A stretch of 64,000 nucleotides of DNA from Negativicutes bacterium. Its GTDB lineage: Bacteria; Bacillota; Negativicutes; UBA1444. The notes below the pieces were generated by a model. That model had not been told where the DNA came from. It did not search any database and saw nothing but the letters and a program-made list of their open reading frames with translations. Made by a program: the position numbers and the translations under genes. Each line of letters opens with the position of its first letter. Positions within the stretch are counted from its first letter, which is position 1. The DNA lies in NCBI GenBank assembly GCA_963665275.2, contig CAXXIN010000001.1, positions 32,001-96,000 on the forward strand, written 5' to 3'. Positions 8,547-18,294 of the stretch are shown here, one piece after another.

Positions 8547-10756
8547 GAAAGACAGAATGGGTTTTTAAGAAACATTTTATGACAACTCGCATCTTGATGA
8601 GCGGAACGGTTTTGCTCATCGGGTTTGGTGCGGCTGTCTTTCTTTTTGTCCAGGCGTTTGCGGAAGATCTGTATGTCGAAAAACGCCAAGGACTGAAACA
8701 TATTGTCTCGCTGGCAACGAATGCCATGGAACCCATTCTGGAGGACCGGCGCAACGGAAAAATTACGATGGCCCAGGCGCGGGTCCGATCAACAGAGGTC
8801 GTGAAACGATTCGTCTATTCCGACAACAATGGTATTAATTACTTGTTCTTAACTACTGATGACGGGTATCTGCTCGTAGAGCCAACTGCCGAAGAGGCGG
8901 TTGGCACTTATCAAATGCAGCGGCGAGACAGCGAAGGAGTTCTCGTTACCCAGGCATTGCTGAAGAAGGCCAAGGCTGGCGGTGGGTTTGTAGAGTATCT
9001 GGAGGCGCGCGCGACGAATGGCATTCCTGAAAAAAAGATTTCGTACGTAGTCGGCATACCCGATATTGAATGCTATGTGGGAACCGGAATGTACGTTAAT
9101 GATCTGGATGAAGCAGTCAAACGCCTGTTGATGGAGCTTTTGGTTCTGGGATTGTTCATTTTCACGTTGGTTTTTGGATTGCAGTATTATTCCATGCGAC
9201 CGTTGCTGTACTGTGTGCACTTATTATCGGAGTCGTTCAAACGCCTGAGTGAAGACCCGGCTGCATTGCTGCCGTTGACGCCTGATGATCAACTTCATGA
9301 CCCCCATACCAAGGTGATGATCGATAATTTCACTTCCATGATGAAGCAGTTGCAGTCGCACCGGGACGTAATAGAACAGCACGCCGAAAAATTTCGCCAG
9401 ATTGCTTATGCCTCAACCGACGTTATTTGGCAATGGGAAGGATCGTCAGGGCGAACTCACTGGTCGGAAAATATTCGTGATATCCTTGGAGAGTCAGCTG
9501 GAACAGAACTGCCGCATTTCGAAGTGATTGAGGCCTGGGTTCATGTGGATGATCGGGAGAAGAGGCGTCAAGTGCTTGCGGCTTACTTGGCGCAGGAAAC
9601 AGAAACCTATGTCTGCGAATATCGTATTCAGTCAAGTGACGGAAATTATCATTGGGTTCAGGCTCGCGGCGTGGCAACCTTTGGTGGGAATAAAGTCCCT
9701 GTTCGCATGGTCGGATCGCTGCTTGACCTGACCGGGTTTATGCAGCAAACTTCTACTGCGCAACAAGAACTAAGAGCGGTGGGTGCGTCTGCGCAGGTGC
9801 TGCAAACAATCGAGGGAGTGCTGGTGCAAACTCCTTCGGTCCCTCCTGATGCCTTGGTCATTGATGTGAAGAATCGACTGGAAGCCGAAAAATGGCAAGG
9901 CTTTGTCGTGGTCGAAAACGAGGCTCCGGTTGGGCTTGTTATGAAAAATTCTTTGAACCAGCAACTTAGCGGTCAATATGGCGTTTCGCTCTACTATAAC
10001 CGGCCGGTTGCGATGGTGATGGATAGCGCGCCCCTGGTTGTGGAGGCTGATTCCTCGTTGGACAAGGTTTCTGTGTGTTTGCAGAGTCGGCCGGAAGACA
10101 AGCTCTATGACTTGATTGTGGTCTCCCGCCGGGGGAAATATATCGGGACTGCTTCGGTTATGGATATTGTGACACACCTTACCGACCTGCGGATTCAACT
10201 GGCGGCTAACGCCAATCCGCTTACCGGCTTGCCGGGGAATCGGGTTATCGATGAAAAAATTCGGGCGGCAGTTCAACACAACCAAGCATTCGTGGCGCTG
10301 TACCTCGATTTGGATAATTTCAAGGCGTTTAACGACAAATACGGTTTTGAGCGCGGGGATGCAGCCATCAAACTTACTGCGGACATCTTGAAAAACGCAA
10401 CGGATATATATGGGGAACAGGATGCCTTTACAGGCCATATTGGCGGCGATGATTTTATCATCTTGCTAGCTCGAAATGTTCCGCATGTTTTGCTGGCCGA
10501 ACAGATCATCCGCAGCTTTGACGCTGCGATACGCAACCTTTATTCCGCGGAGGATCTGGCGCAGAGCTGTATTGCCGTGCAAAACCGCAAAGGCGAGTAT
10601 GAAGAGTATCCGATCATGACCATTTCAATTGCGATTATTGATTCACGTTGCAATCGGTTTACAAACCCACTTGAAGTCGCTGAAGTTGCGGCTGCTCTAA
10701 AACGCCTGGCCAAATCCAGGGACGGATCTGTCTGGGTGAGTGATAGAAGAAGCTAA
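8543..10756 (+). CDS. membrane diguanylate cyclase (Cache-PAS-CBS-GGDEF)
   Basis: Two TMs flanking a Cache-like domain (KKISYV...GTGMY), PAS/PAC (EYRIQ..G.YHWV..RG), CBS pair, ANPLTGLPGN, DLDNFKAFND, GHIGGDDF; ATGA overlap with the upstream gene. Confidence 0.85.
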   Translation: MRKTEWVFKKHFMTTRILMSGTVLLIGFGAAVFLFVQAFAEDLYVEKRQGLKHIVSLATNAMEPILEDRRNGKITMAQARVRSTEVVKRFVYSDNNGINYLFLTTDDGYLLVEPTAEEAVGTYQMQRRDSEGVLVTQALLKKAKAGGGFVEYLEARATNGIPEKKISYVVGIPDIECYVGTGMYVNDLDEAVKRLLMELLVLGLFIFTLVFGLQYYSMRPLLYCVHLLSESFKRLSEDPAALLPLTPDDQLHDPHTKVMIDNFTSMMKQLQSHRDVIEQHAEKFRQIAYASTDVIWQWEGSSGRTHWSENIRDILGESAGTELPHFEVIEAWVHVDDREKRRQVLAAYLAQETETYVCEYRIQSSDGNYHWVQARGVATFGGNKVPVRMVGSLLDLTGFMQQTSTAQQELRAVGASAQVLQTIEGVLVQTPSVPPDALVIDVKNRLEAEKWQGFVVVENEAPVGLVMKNSLNQQLSGQYGVSLYYNRPVAMVMDSAPLVVEADSSLDKVSVCLQSRPEDKLYDLIVVSRRGKYIGTASVMDIVTHLTDLRIQLAANANPLTGLPGNRVIDEKIRAAVQHNQAFVALYLDLDNFKAFNDKYGFERGDAAIKLTADILKNATDIYGEQDAFTGHIGGDDFIILLARNVPHVLLAEQIIRSFDAAIRNLYSAEDLAQSCIAVQNRKGEYEEYPIMTISIAIIDSRCNRFTNPLEVAEVAAALKRLAKSRDGSVWVSDRRS

Positions 10757-11880
10757 TCAATAGCAACAGGACGCACCAACAAGTATCCGGCGAGAATCGC
10801 GGTAAAGGGGGCTACTAAAACAACCCCGAAACTTCCTACCAAAGTGTGGAGAATTTCCGCGGCGATGTAGGTGAGATTGAGAATGTTGGCGACCGGCGTT
10901 CCCTGGGCGATGAACACCATCATTAGCGCGGTGAAGGAACCGGAATAAGCCAGCAACAAGGTGGTTGTCATTGTGCCGACGACGGCCCGACCCACGTTGA
11001 AGCCGGAGGCGATGGCTTCCTTTCTCGTGATCTCCGGTTTCTTTTCCACCAGCTCGGCAACCGATACCGCGATATCAACCGCAACATCCATCATGGCGCC
11101 GGAGGAGGCCAGGAATATCCCGGCGATGAACACCTTCGTCAAGTCTATTTGACTGAAGCCGACATGCAGCAGTGTTTCGGCGTAGGGAACAACGGCGCCG
11201 TGAACCTTGAACAAGTGACCGAATAGCAGTGCCAGAAGGCAAGCTGCCACCGCTCCCGCCACCGTACCGCAAAAAGCGGCCAATCCGGTGCGGCTGAGCC
11301 CGGTTACGAGGAAAATGACGCAGCCAACGATGGCGCACACGACAAGCAAGGCAATGATGATCGGGTCCCAGCCCTGTAGGAACAGCGGCCAAAGAACCTT
11401 CCACAGAATGAGAATGGTGAAAACAAAGGATAATATCGCTTTCGCGCCTGTCCAGCGGGCATACCATAGCAGCAGCAGGACAAAAAGCGCGAATAGAATC
11501 AGCTCAGTGTCAATGCGGTAATGGTCGATCAGGTTGGCAGTAATTATTTGTCCCTGTTGATTGGTTTTTACGACAACGAGGGCATAGTCGCCAACTCGGA
11601 AAAATTTATCCATTTCTAACTTTCCCAGTAGCGGGTTCGTGGTTTCCACCTGTTGTCCTTGCAGAGCGCCTGCGGATAACACAAGGGTGACGCCCTGCAC
11701 ACCGGTTTGGACAACCCCGCGTTGATGCACATTGCCGTTGTCAACGGCGATTACCTCCGCGCGCAGGCGGTCGTACCCGTCTTCCTGCGTCGGAAAGCCG
11801 GTCGGCAAAAAGTATAGGGCAAAGCAAACCAGCGTAATGAATAGCACGAAATATTTGTCGGCTGTTAGTGAGTGGCGCAT
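10753..11880 (-). CDS. YibE/F family membrane protein
   Basis: GAMMDVAVDIA, GTMTTTLLLAYSG, many TMs. Confidence 0.8.
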   Translation of the reverse strand: MRHSLTADKYFVLFITLVCFALYFLPTGFPTQEDGYDRLRAEVIAVDNGNVHQRGVVQTGVQGVTLVLSAGALQGQQVETTNPLLGKLEMDKFFRVGDYALVVVKTNQQGQIITANLIDHYRIDTELILFALFVLLLLWYARWTGAKAILSFVFTILILWKVLWPLFLQGWDPIIIALLVVCAIVGCVIFLVTGLSRTGLAAFCGTVAGAVAACLLALLFGHLFKVHGAVVPYAETLLHVGFSQIDLTKVFIAGIFLASSGAMMDVAVDIAVSVAELVEKKPEITRKEAIASGFNVGRAVVGTMTTTLLLAYSGSFTALMMVFIAQGTPVANILNLTYIAAEILHTLVGSFGVVLVAPFTAILAGYLLVRPVAID

Positions 11881-11971
11881 GATTTTCCTTCTTTCAATAT
11901 AATCGACAAAGATGGAGCAGAGAATTTTCCTCTGCTCCATCTTCCGCACTGGAGTGGTTTTTAGTGCTGCT

Positions 11972-13453
11972 TTATTGGAACTGGACGCCCATGATTCCCA
12001 TGAGTTTCTTGGCGACATCGGTATTATCATAGTAGCCTTGGAAAGACTCGCCGCCAACTCCCTGGGCAAATACGGGGACCGCCACTCCTGTATGAGCGTA
12101 GGTGGTCCAGCCGATACCGGCTTTTTGGTTAAGGATATGGGTTACGGTAACGGAGAAAGGTTCATAGGAACCATACATGAGATAGCTTTGAGGATCTTTA
12201 TTGCGTTTTTTAGGATCGGCCATGCTTGCTGCAAGCGCATTGCTCAGACGAGTTTGGTCAAATTCGGTTAACTCTGTCAGACCAAACTTGTCCGCGAGAA
12301 TTGGCAGCCAGTCGTCAAGCTTGGCATCGGCTGGGGCTGTGGTATCGCGATACGCCTTGATCTGTTTGTCAAAATCCTCGAACGATAAAGTTTGTTTATT
12401 GATTTTATTAAAGAACGTTTGGTATTCGGTTCCGGCGAATCCGATGCTCATGCCGCCGGTCTCATGGTCGCCAGTGACAACGATGAGGGTTTCATCCGGA
12501 TGTTTGGCGTAGAAATTGAGGGCTTCCTGAATCGAAGCTTCAAAAGAAAGGACATCCCGGATCGTGGTCGCGGCGTCGTTGGCATGACAGGCCCAGTCGA
12601 TCTTGCCGCCTTCAACCATGAAGAAGAAGCCGTTGGGGTTGTCGAGAACCTCGATGCCTTTGCGGGTGAAGTCTGCCAAAGAGAGTTGATTTACACGATC
12701 AATATCATAGGCCATCGCCGATTCAGCAGCCAGGGCAGGGTCGATCGCGATGGTTTTGCCCGAATTCTTGTTTAGTTTGTACAGGTCTTCCTTATTGTTG
12801 ACGATGGTATATCCTTTTTGTTTGGCAATATCCAATACGTTCGGCTTGTCTTTCGTTTTTCCGGTCGGCTGCAGGAAACCGCCGCCGCCGAAATAATCAA
12901 AGCCGCTATTGGCTAAGGAAATGCCGATTTCATAAAGATTTTTGCGGCTGGATTCATGAGCGTAAAAGGCGCCTGGTGTGGCATGGTCGATTGAAACGCT
13001 GCTGACTATCCCGACCTTCATTCCTTTTTCCTTGGCCATCTCCGCCATGGATTTAAATTTAATGGTTTTGGTGGCATCCATCCCCAGGATGTCGTTGTTG
13101 GTTTTGTGGCCGGTCGCCAGCGCGGTGCCGGCTGCTGCTGATTCAGTGATGAAGGTATTGGCGGAGTGGGTAGCTTGCATACCCATATGCGGGAATACGG
13201 TGAAGTTCAGCTTTCCTCGATTCATAGAGTCGTTCCCATTAAGAGTGCCTTTGAAAATTTCCGAAGAATTGATCTGTGTCATGGACATTCCATCGCCAAT
13301 AAAGAAGAATACATACTTGGCCTTTTTCCCGTAGTAGGCATTGTCAACTCCGGCGGTGACTGTGTTTTGCACCGGAGCGGCGGCAAAAACCAATGCGGAT
13401 ATTACTAGCAGTGCGGTCAGTGGAATGGCTAACCATTTTTGTCTGTTCAACAT
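11972..13453 (-). CDS. phoA: alkaline phosphatase
   Basis: Signal peptide, FIGDGM, ITESAAAGTALATG, HATP, VEGGKIDWACH, TGDHETGG. Confidence 0.93.
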   Translation of the reverse strand: MLNRQKWLAIPLTALLVISALVFAAAPVQNTVTAGVDNAYYGKKAKYVFFFIGDGMSMTQINSSEIFKGTLNGNDSMNRGKLNFTVFPHMGMQATHSANTFITESAAAGTALATGHKTNNDILGMDATKTIKFKSMAEMAKEKGMKVGIVSSVSIDHATPGAFYAHESSRKNLYEIGISLANSGFDYFGGGGFLQPTGKTKDKPNVLDIAKQKGYTIVNNKEDLYKLNKNSGKTIAIDPALAAESAMAYDIDRVNQLSLADFTRKGIEVLDNPNGFFFMVEGGKIDWACHANDAATTIRDVLSFEASIQEALNFYAKHPDETLIVVTGDHETGGMSIGFAGTEYQTFFNKINKQTLSFEDFDKQIKAYRDTTAPADAKLDDWLPILADKFGLTELTEFDQTRLSNALAASMADPKKRNKDPQSYLMYGSYEPFSVTVTHILNQKAGIGWTTYAHTGVAVPVFAQGVGGESFQGYYDNTDVAKKLMGIMGVQFQ

Positions 13454-13487
13454 TTGACAACCTCCCTATGTAAATCTTCTGCCTTTT

Positions 13488-13552
13488 AGTCTATCAAGGC
13501 TGAAAGACGGAAGTGTTGTCATTGCGTTAACGCTTGATTAAGTTTGGGTTAA
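13488..13552 (-). promoter_or_regulatory. Pho-box-like repeats and -10 of phoA
   Basis: Minus strand TTAACC-N5-TTAATC-N5-TTAACG-N5-ACAACA, then 20 nt to TAGACT. Confidence 0.75.
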
Positions 13553-13568
13553 TTCGGAGTGTGATGAA

Positions 13569-14018
13569 CTATTTCCCGACGCGGGGTGGCTTGACATTGA
13601 TTATGCGACCGTAATCTTCTTCCATCAACGGGGACGAAATGATGAAGTCGGCGCTGGCCAGGTTGCAGGCGGTCGGAATATTATAAACGACTGCAATGCG
13701 CAACAACGCTTTGACATCAACATCATGGGGCTGCTGTTCGAGAGGATCCCAGAAAAATATGATAAAGTCGATATCTCCTTCAACAATTTTGGCGCCAACC
13801 TGCTGGTCGCCTCCCAACGGACCACTCGAAAAACAATGGATTTTTAAATCCAGTTCTGTAGCCAGAATTTGGCCGGTTGTTCCGGTAGCATACAGGACGT
13901 GCCGAGACAGAAGGTCTCGATTGAAACGGGCCCATTCGAGCATTGCTGCTTTTTTGTTGTCGTGAGCGATCATGGCAATTTTCTTTCGTTTCTTCATTGT
14001 AATTAAGTCGGGTGTCAT
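13569..14018 (-). CDS. mgsA: methylglyoxal synthase
   Basis: IAHDNKK, ATGTTG, SGPLGGDQQ, FFWDPL, PHDVDVKALLR. Confidence 0.96.
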   Translation of the reverse strand: MTPDLITMKKRKKIAMIAHDNKKAAMLEWARFNRDLLSRHVLYATGTTGQILATELDLKIHCFSSGPLGGDQQVGAKIVEGDIDFIIFFWDPLEQQPHDVDVKALLRIAVVYNIPTACNLASADFIISSPLMEEDYGRIINVKPPRVGK

Positions 14019-14064
14019 TTTTTAACCTCACTCATTAATGAATTTGGCGCCGTTGCGCGGTTCA

Positions 14065-14118
14065 ATTTTCTCACGTTAACAGGAGGGAAGTGTTAAGGGG
14101 TTGTGATAATTGGGTAAA
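14065..14118 (-). promoter_or_regulatory. Pho-box-like repeats and extended -10 of mgsA
   Basis: Minus strand TTTACC-N5-ATCACA-N5-TTAACA, then 20 nt to (TGA)GAAAAT. Confidence 0.6.
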
Positions 14119-14277
14119 TTATTAAACATGGGTGGATCAGAATTTTGCTTGCAAATGCTTCGACAAATATGCAAAAATGAATCACAACAGCCCCGCTGAT
14201 GGCGAAAGAATTTTTTTGCGCGTATCATATGATCTGTGCTGGTAAAATCGGTTTGTGATTGTTAAGGAGATGAAAAT

Positions 14278-15738
14278 GTGCTCGTCGATAAAAATACGAA
14301 CTCCGATACTCATGAGGTTACCCGCAAACAACCCTCCTCCAAAATTAACGAAGAGATCACTTTGGACCAGGTTATCTCCCATTCACATGATGGCATCTTT
14401 GTCACTGATAAGTTGGGCAATGTCGTTATGGCAAATCCTGCGGCGATAAGATTGATGGAACAAACTCCCGACACCGTGATCGGGGCCAATGTGCAAGATC
14501 TCGTAAAAAAAGGGGTCTATGACAGATCTTCAACAATGGAAGCCATTAATAGGAGAGCTGTTTTTACCGGGTTAGTTAAGCTGGCTTCCGGCGTAACCCT
14601 GATGTCCACCAGCATGCCTATCTTTGATGATAGCGGCGAACTTGTGATGGTGGTCACCAATACCCGCGATAAAGATCTGGTCGACAAATATATTGCCGCC
14701 TTGGCCGCCGAACGGGATAAAGCGGATCGTTATAAAACCGCTGCCGAATATCTGGGCGGTCTTGATTCGGACAATAAAACCCCGGTGGCGGAAAGCGCGG
14801 TGATGCGACACATTATTCGCCTGACAAGTACCATCGCCAAAGTGGATACCAGTGTATTGCTGCTCGGGGAGTCAGGCTCAGGCAAAGATGTGATTGCCAG
14901 GCACATTCACCGGAGCAGTCCGCGCGCGAAAGAACCGTTCATCCCGGTAAACTGCGCGGCGATCCCCGATAATCTGATGGAATCCGAATTTTTTGGTTAT
15001 GTCCGTGGCGCCTTTACGGGTGCTAGTACCCATGGAAAACCCGGGATCTTTGAGATAGCGGATAAGGGGACCTTATTTCTGGATGAAATTGCCGAATTGC
15101 CGTTGAGCCTGCAGTCCAAACTGCTCAGGGTGCTGGAAACGGGAGAAGTCCAGAGATTGGGTAGCGCCTCGAGCCGTCAGACCCATGTCAGACTGATTGC
15201 TGCGACCAATAAAGATTTGAAGCAGATGGTCGACAATGGCCTGTTTCGTAGCGATCTGTATTACAGGCTGAATGTCATTCCAGTAAGTTTGCCGCCGCTT
15301 CGCGATCGTCCGGAAGATATCAGGGCGCTTTCCCAGAGGTTCCTGGATGAGTTCAATAAGAAATACAGCTTGAACAAAACATTTTCACCGGAAACAGTTC
15401 AATCTTTTCAAGACTATTCCTGGCCCGGCAACGTTCGGGAATTGCGTAATGTTGTGGAACGGCTGGTCATCATCTCGACTAGTGATGAATTAAGCCTTGG
15501 AGTCGAATTTGCCGGCACTGCCGCTGCGCATTCAAAAATAGCGCCTGCGTTATTCGATGACAACAGGAGCTATCAGGGCAGTCTCAAAAGCGTTGTAAAA
15601 ACGGTTGAAGAACAATATATCAACCAAGTTCTGCAAGAGTGCGAGGGACGACTGAACGAAGCCGCCCGGCGCTTGGGGATACACCGGTCGATGCTTTATC
15701 GGAAGATTTGTCAAATTAACGAAAACAGCGGCAAATAA
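14278..15738 (+). CDS. sigma54-dependent transcriptional activator (PAS-AAA+-Fis HTH)
   Basis: [29 protein letters not shown]-terminal HTH. Confidence 0.95.
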   Translation: MLVDKNTNSDTHEVTRKQPSSKINEEITLDQVISHSHDGIFVTDKLGNVVMANPAAIRLMEQTPDTVIGANVQDLVKKGVYDRSSTMEAINRRAVFTGLVKLASGVTLMSTSMPIFDDSGELVMVVTNTRDKDLVDKYIAALAAERDKADRYKTAAEYLGGLDSDNKTPVAESAVMRHIIRLTSTIAKVDTSVLLLGESGSGKDVIARHIHRSSPRAKEPFIPVNCAAIPDNLMESEFFGYVRGAFTGASTHGKPGIFEIADKGTLFLDEIAELPLSLQSKLLRVLETGEVQRLGSASSRQTHVRLIAATNKDLKQMVDNGLFRSDLYYRLNVIPVSLPPLRDRPEDIRALSQRFLDEFNKKYSLNKTFSPETVQSFQDYSWPGNVRELRNVVERLVIISTSDELSLGVEFAGTAAAHSKIAPALFDDNRSYQGSLKSVVKTVEEQYINQVLQECEGRLNEAARRLGIHRSMLYRKICQINENSGK

Positions 15739-15742
15739 GTTG

Positions 15743-15783
15743 CGTGTTGCATAAACGATACGTTGTAGATAAAATGCAACACG
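15743..15783. promoter_or_regulatory. probable upstream activator sequence
   Basis: 10-bp perfect inverted repeat CGTGTTGCAT...ATGCAACACG about 190 bp upstream of the sigma54 promoter. Confidence 0.55.
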
Positions 15784-15966
15784 GAGCGTAGACTTTTTGC
15801 AACGCCATTTAAGCCGAAAAGAAAAGCGGCCAGAACAATATCATAAAAACCAATCGAAACAAAAATGTTTTTAAAAACTCTGAAAGTGCTAATTTACAGG
15901 CATTTTCAGAGTTTTTTATTTTGCGAAATGCGTAAAAAAACCGTTGTGGCTGAATGTTCGGAATGC

Positions 15967-15982
15967 TGGCACGGTATTTGCA
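15967..15982 (+). promoter_or_regulatory. sigma54 (-24/-12) promoter
   Basis: TGGCAC-GGTAT-TTGCA matches the consensus TGGCAC-N5-TTGCW. Confidence 0.9.
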
Positions 15983-16045
15983 ATTATATGAAAACAGAGG
16001 GCGCCTTAAATAACAGTAACAAAATAATCAGGAGGGTGATCGGGT

Positions 16046-16897
16046 ATGAGTATTAAAAAAATCGGTGTTGTCGGGGCTGGCGCAATGGGAACAGGTATTG
16101 CCCATGTTGCAGCTCAAGCCGGGTATGAAGTGGTCTTGTGCGATGTGGCGGAGGAGTTTCTCCAACGCTCTGTCGCCTCGATGAGCAAGCTGATTGACAA
16201 AGCCATCGCCAAAGGAAAACTGACCGAAACCGATAAAACGGAAACGCTGGGCCGAATAATAATCACTACCGATTTGCAGGCGATGCAGGATGTGGATTTA
16301 GTGGTCGAAGCGATTATCGAAAAAATCGAGGCAAAGTTGGATTTGTTTGCGCGGCTGGATAAAATCTGCGCGCCTCATGCTCTGATTACATCTAATACAT
16401 CGACGATGTCCATTACCAAAATGGCAAAAGTTACCCAACGGCCGGATAAGGTGGCCGGTCTGCACTTCTTCAATCCGGCGCAGGCTATGAAACTTGTTGA
16501 GATCATCCGCGGCTACTACACGTCTGATGAAACGGTAGCCTTCTTGAAAGAGTGCGTAACGACAATGGGTAAAGTGGGCATCGAAGTTAAGAAAGATACC
16601 CCAGGTTTCGTTGTCAACAGACTCATGTTGCCGCAGATCAGGGAGGCATTCATTCTCCATGAACAAGGCGTTGCCTCCATGGAAGATATTGATAAGGCGA
16701 TGACTCTGGGGCTGAATCACCCCATGGGACCGTTTACGCTGATGGATTTTGCCGGTAACGATATCTGCCTCGCGTCTCTTGAGTATCTGTACGAGGAGTT
16801 TGCAGAACCCCACTGGGCACCGCCGATTTCTTTAAAACAATTGATTAACGCAGGCAGGATGGGCAAAAAAGTCGGCAAGGGATGGTATGACTATTAA
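16046..16897 (+). CDS. hbd: 3-hydroxybutyryl-CoA dehydrogenase
   Basis: GAGAMG, EAIIE, SNTST, GLHFFNP, PGFVVNR, HPMGP. Confidence 0.9.
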   Translation: MSIKKIGVVGAGAMGTGIAHVAAQAGYEVVLCDVAEEFLQRSVASMSKLIDKAIAKGKLTETDKTETLGRIIITTDLQAMQDVDLVVEAIIEKIEAKLDLFARLDKICAPHALITSNTSTMSITKMAKVTQRPDKVAGLHFFNPAQAMKLVEIIRGYYTSDETVAFLKECVTTMGKVGIEVKKDTPGFVVNRLMLPQIREAFILHEQGVASMEDIDKAMTLGLNHPMGPFTLMDFAGNDICLASLEYLYEEFAEPHWAPPISLKQLINAGRMGKKVGKGWYDY

Positions 16898-16942
16898 TTC
16901 GGCAACCGTTACGTATCCAAAATAACAGGAGGTAAAAAATAT

Positions 16943-18256
16943 ATGGAGACGACACTGAGCGTTCTAGGTATTTTTCTCTCATTGGCTTTTATCATTTTCT
17001 TAGCCATGAGAGGATTCGGGATCATCATCATTGCACCGCTGGCAGTTGTCATCGTGGCCCTATTCTCCAATATGAGTGTTCTGGATTCTCTTACCGGGCC
17101 TTATATGAAAGGGTTCGTAAATTATGCCGGAAAATTTTACCTCATCTTTTTGACGGCTGCTATTTTCGGTAAATTCATGGAAGATTCGGGCGCCGCCAAA
17201 GCCATAGCCCAAGGCCTGCTCAAAGTGGTCGGCCGCGGCAGCGCTTATAAAGTATTGATCAGCATTTCGGTAATCTGCATGGTCCTGACACTCGGCGGCG
17301 TTAGCCTGTTTGTCGTCATTTTCGCCATTGTACCTATCGCCCGCCCCCTGTTTCGCGAATTGAATATCCCCTGGCATTTGTTTATGGCTGCGTTCATGTT
17401 TGGCAACGGCGCCATTACCATGAGTTTGATCCCCGGAACTCCTTCAGTTTTAAATATCATGCCGACGAAATACATGGCTTCCTCTCCAACTTCCGCTCCC
17501 ATGTTGGGGATTATCGGAGCAGTGACTGTGGCGGCTTTCTGCCTATGGTACATCAAGTCGCAGTTGCAGAAATGTCGTGACCGGAATGAAAATTACGTGG
17601 AACCTGCCATCGGTGTCGGTGCGCCTGATTCGGCAAACGAATCAGCGGATGCTCCCAATTTGTGGCTCAGCATGCTGCCGCCGGCAACGTTGGTGATATT
17701 GTTGAACGTCGTGAAAATCGATATCGTCTGGTCGCTTTCGGCAGCTGCCATATTGTGTCTCGCCATATTCTGGCCCCGCTATAAAAATAAATTGGAGACT
17801 ATCAACAAGGGAGCGCTGAACACCGTAGTGCCAATCATTAATACCTGCGCCGATGTCGGGTATGGCATGGCTGTTGCAGCGACCATCGGGTTCAAGGTCA
17901 TTGCCGATAACCTCCTGACCATGCCGGGGCATCCCATTGTTTCACTGGCGATTGCCGTTAACCTTCTCGCGGGAATTACCGGATCGGCTTCCGGCGGTCT
18001 GGGCATCGTCCTGGAGACTCTTTCGGCCAAATATCTGGCGCTCGGCCTCAGTCCCGACCTCATTCACCGGATCGCCGTGGCTTCGGCAGGAGCTTTCGAC
18101 GCGCTGCCGCATAATGGTGTCGTCATCACGTCATTGGCAGTTTGCGGCCTGACTCATAAAACTGCCTACAAGCACATTTGGTATACCCACTGTGTCGGAA
18201 CATTCCTGGCACTGTGCGTGATGATTCCCTTCGGTATATTGCTTTACAGTAAATAA
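16943..18256 (+). CDS. GntP-family permease, probably for a short-chain organic acid
   Basis: GGVSLFVV, PGTP, GITGSASGG, LPHNG; many TMs. Confidence 0.8.
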   Translation: METTLSVLGIFLSLAFIIFLAMRGFGIIIIAPLAVVIVALFSNMSVLDSLTGPYMKGFVNYAGKFYLIFLTAAIFGKFMEDSGAAKAIAQGLLKVVGRGSAYKVLISISVICMVLTLGGVSLFVVIFAIVPIARPLFRELNIPWHLFMAAFMFGNGAITMSLIPGTPSVLNIMPTKYMASSPTSAPMLGIIGAVTVAAFCLWYIKSQLQKCRDRNENYVEPAIGVGAPDSANESADAPNLWLSMLPPATLVILLNVVKIDIVWSLSAAAILCLAIFWPRYKNKLETINKGALNTVVPIINTCADVGYGMAVAATIGFKVIADNLLTMPGHPIVSLAIAVNLLAGITGSASGGLGIVLETLSAKYLALGLSPDLIHRIAVASAGAFDALPHNGVVITSLAVCGLTHKTAYKHIWYTHCVGTFLALCVMIPFGILLYSK

Positions 18257-18294
18257 ATGGATCAATCCCAATCTATTTTTGGAGGAGTATTAGG

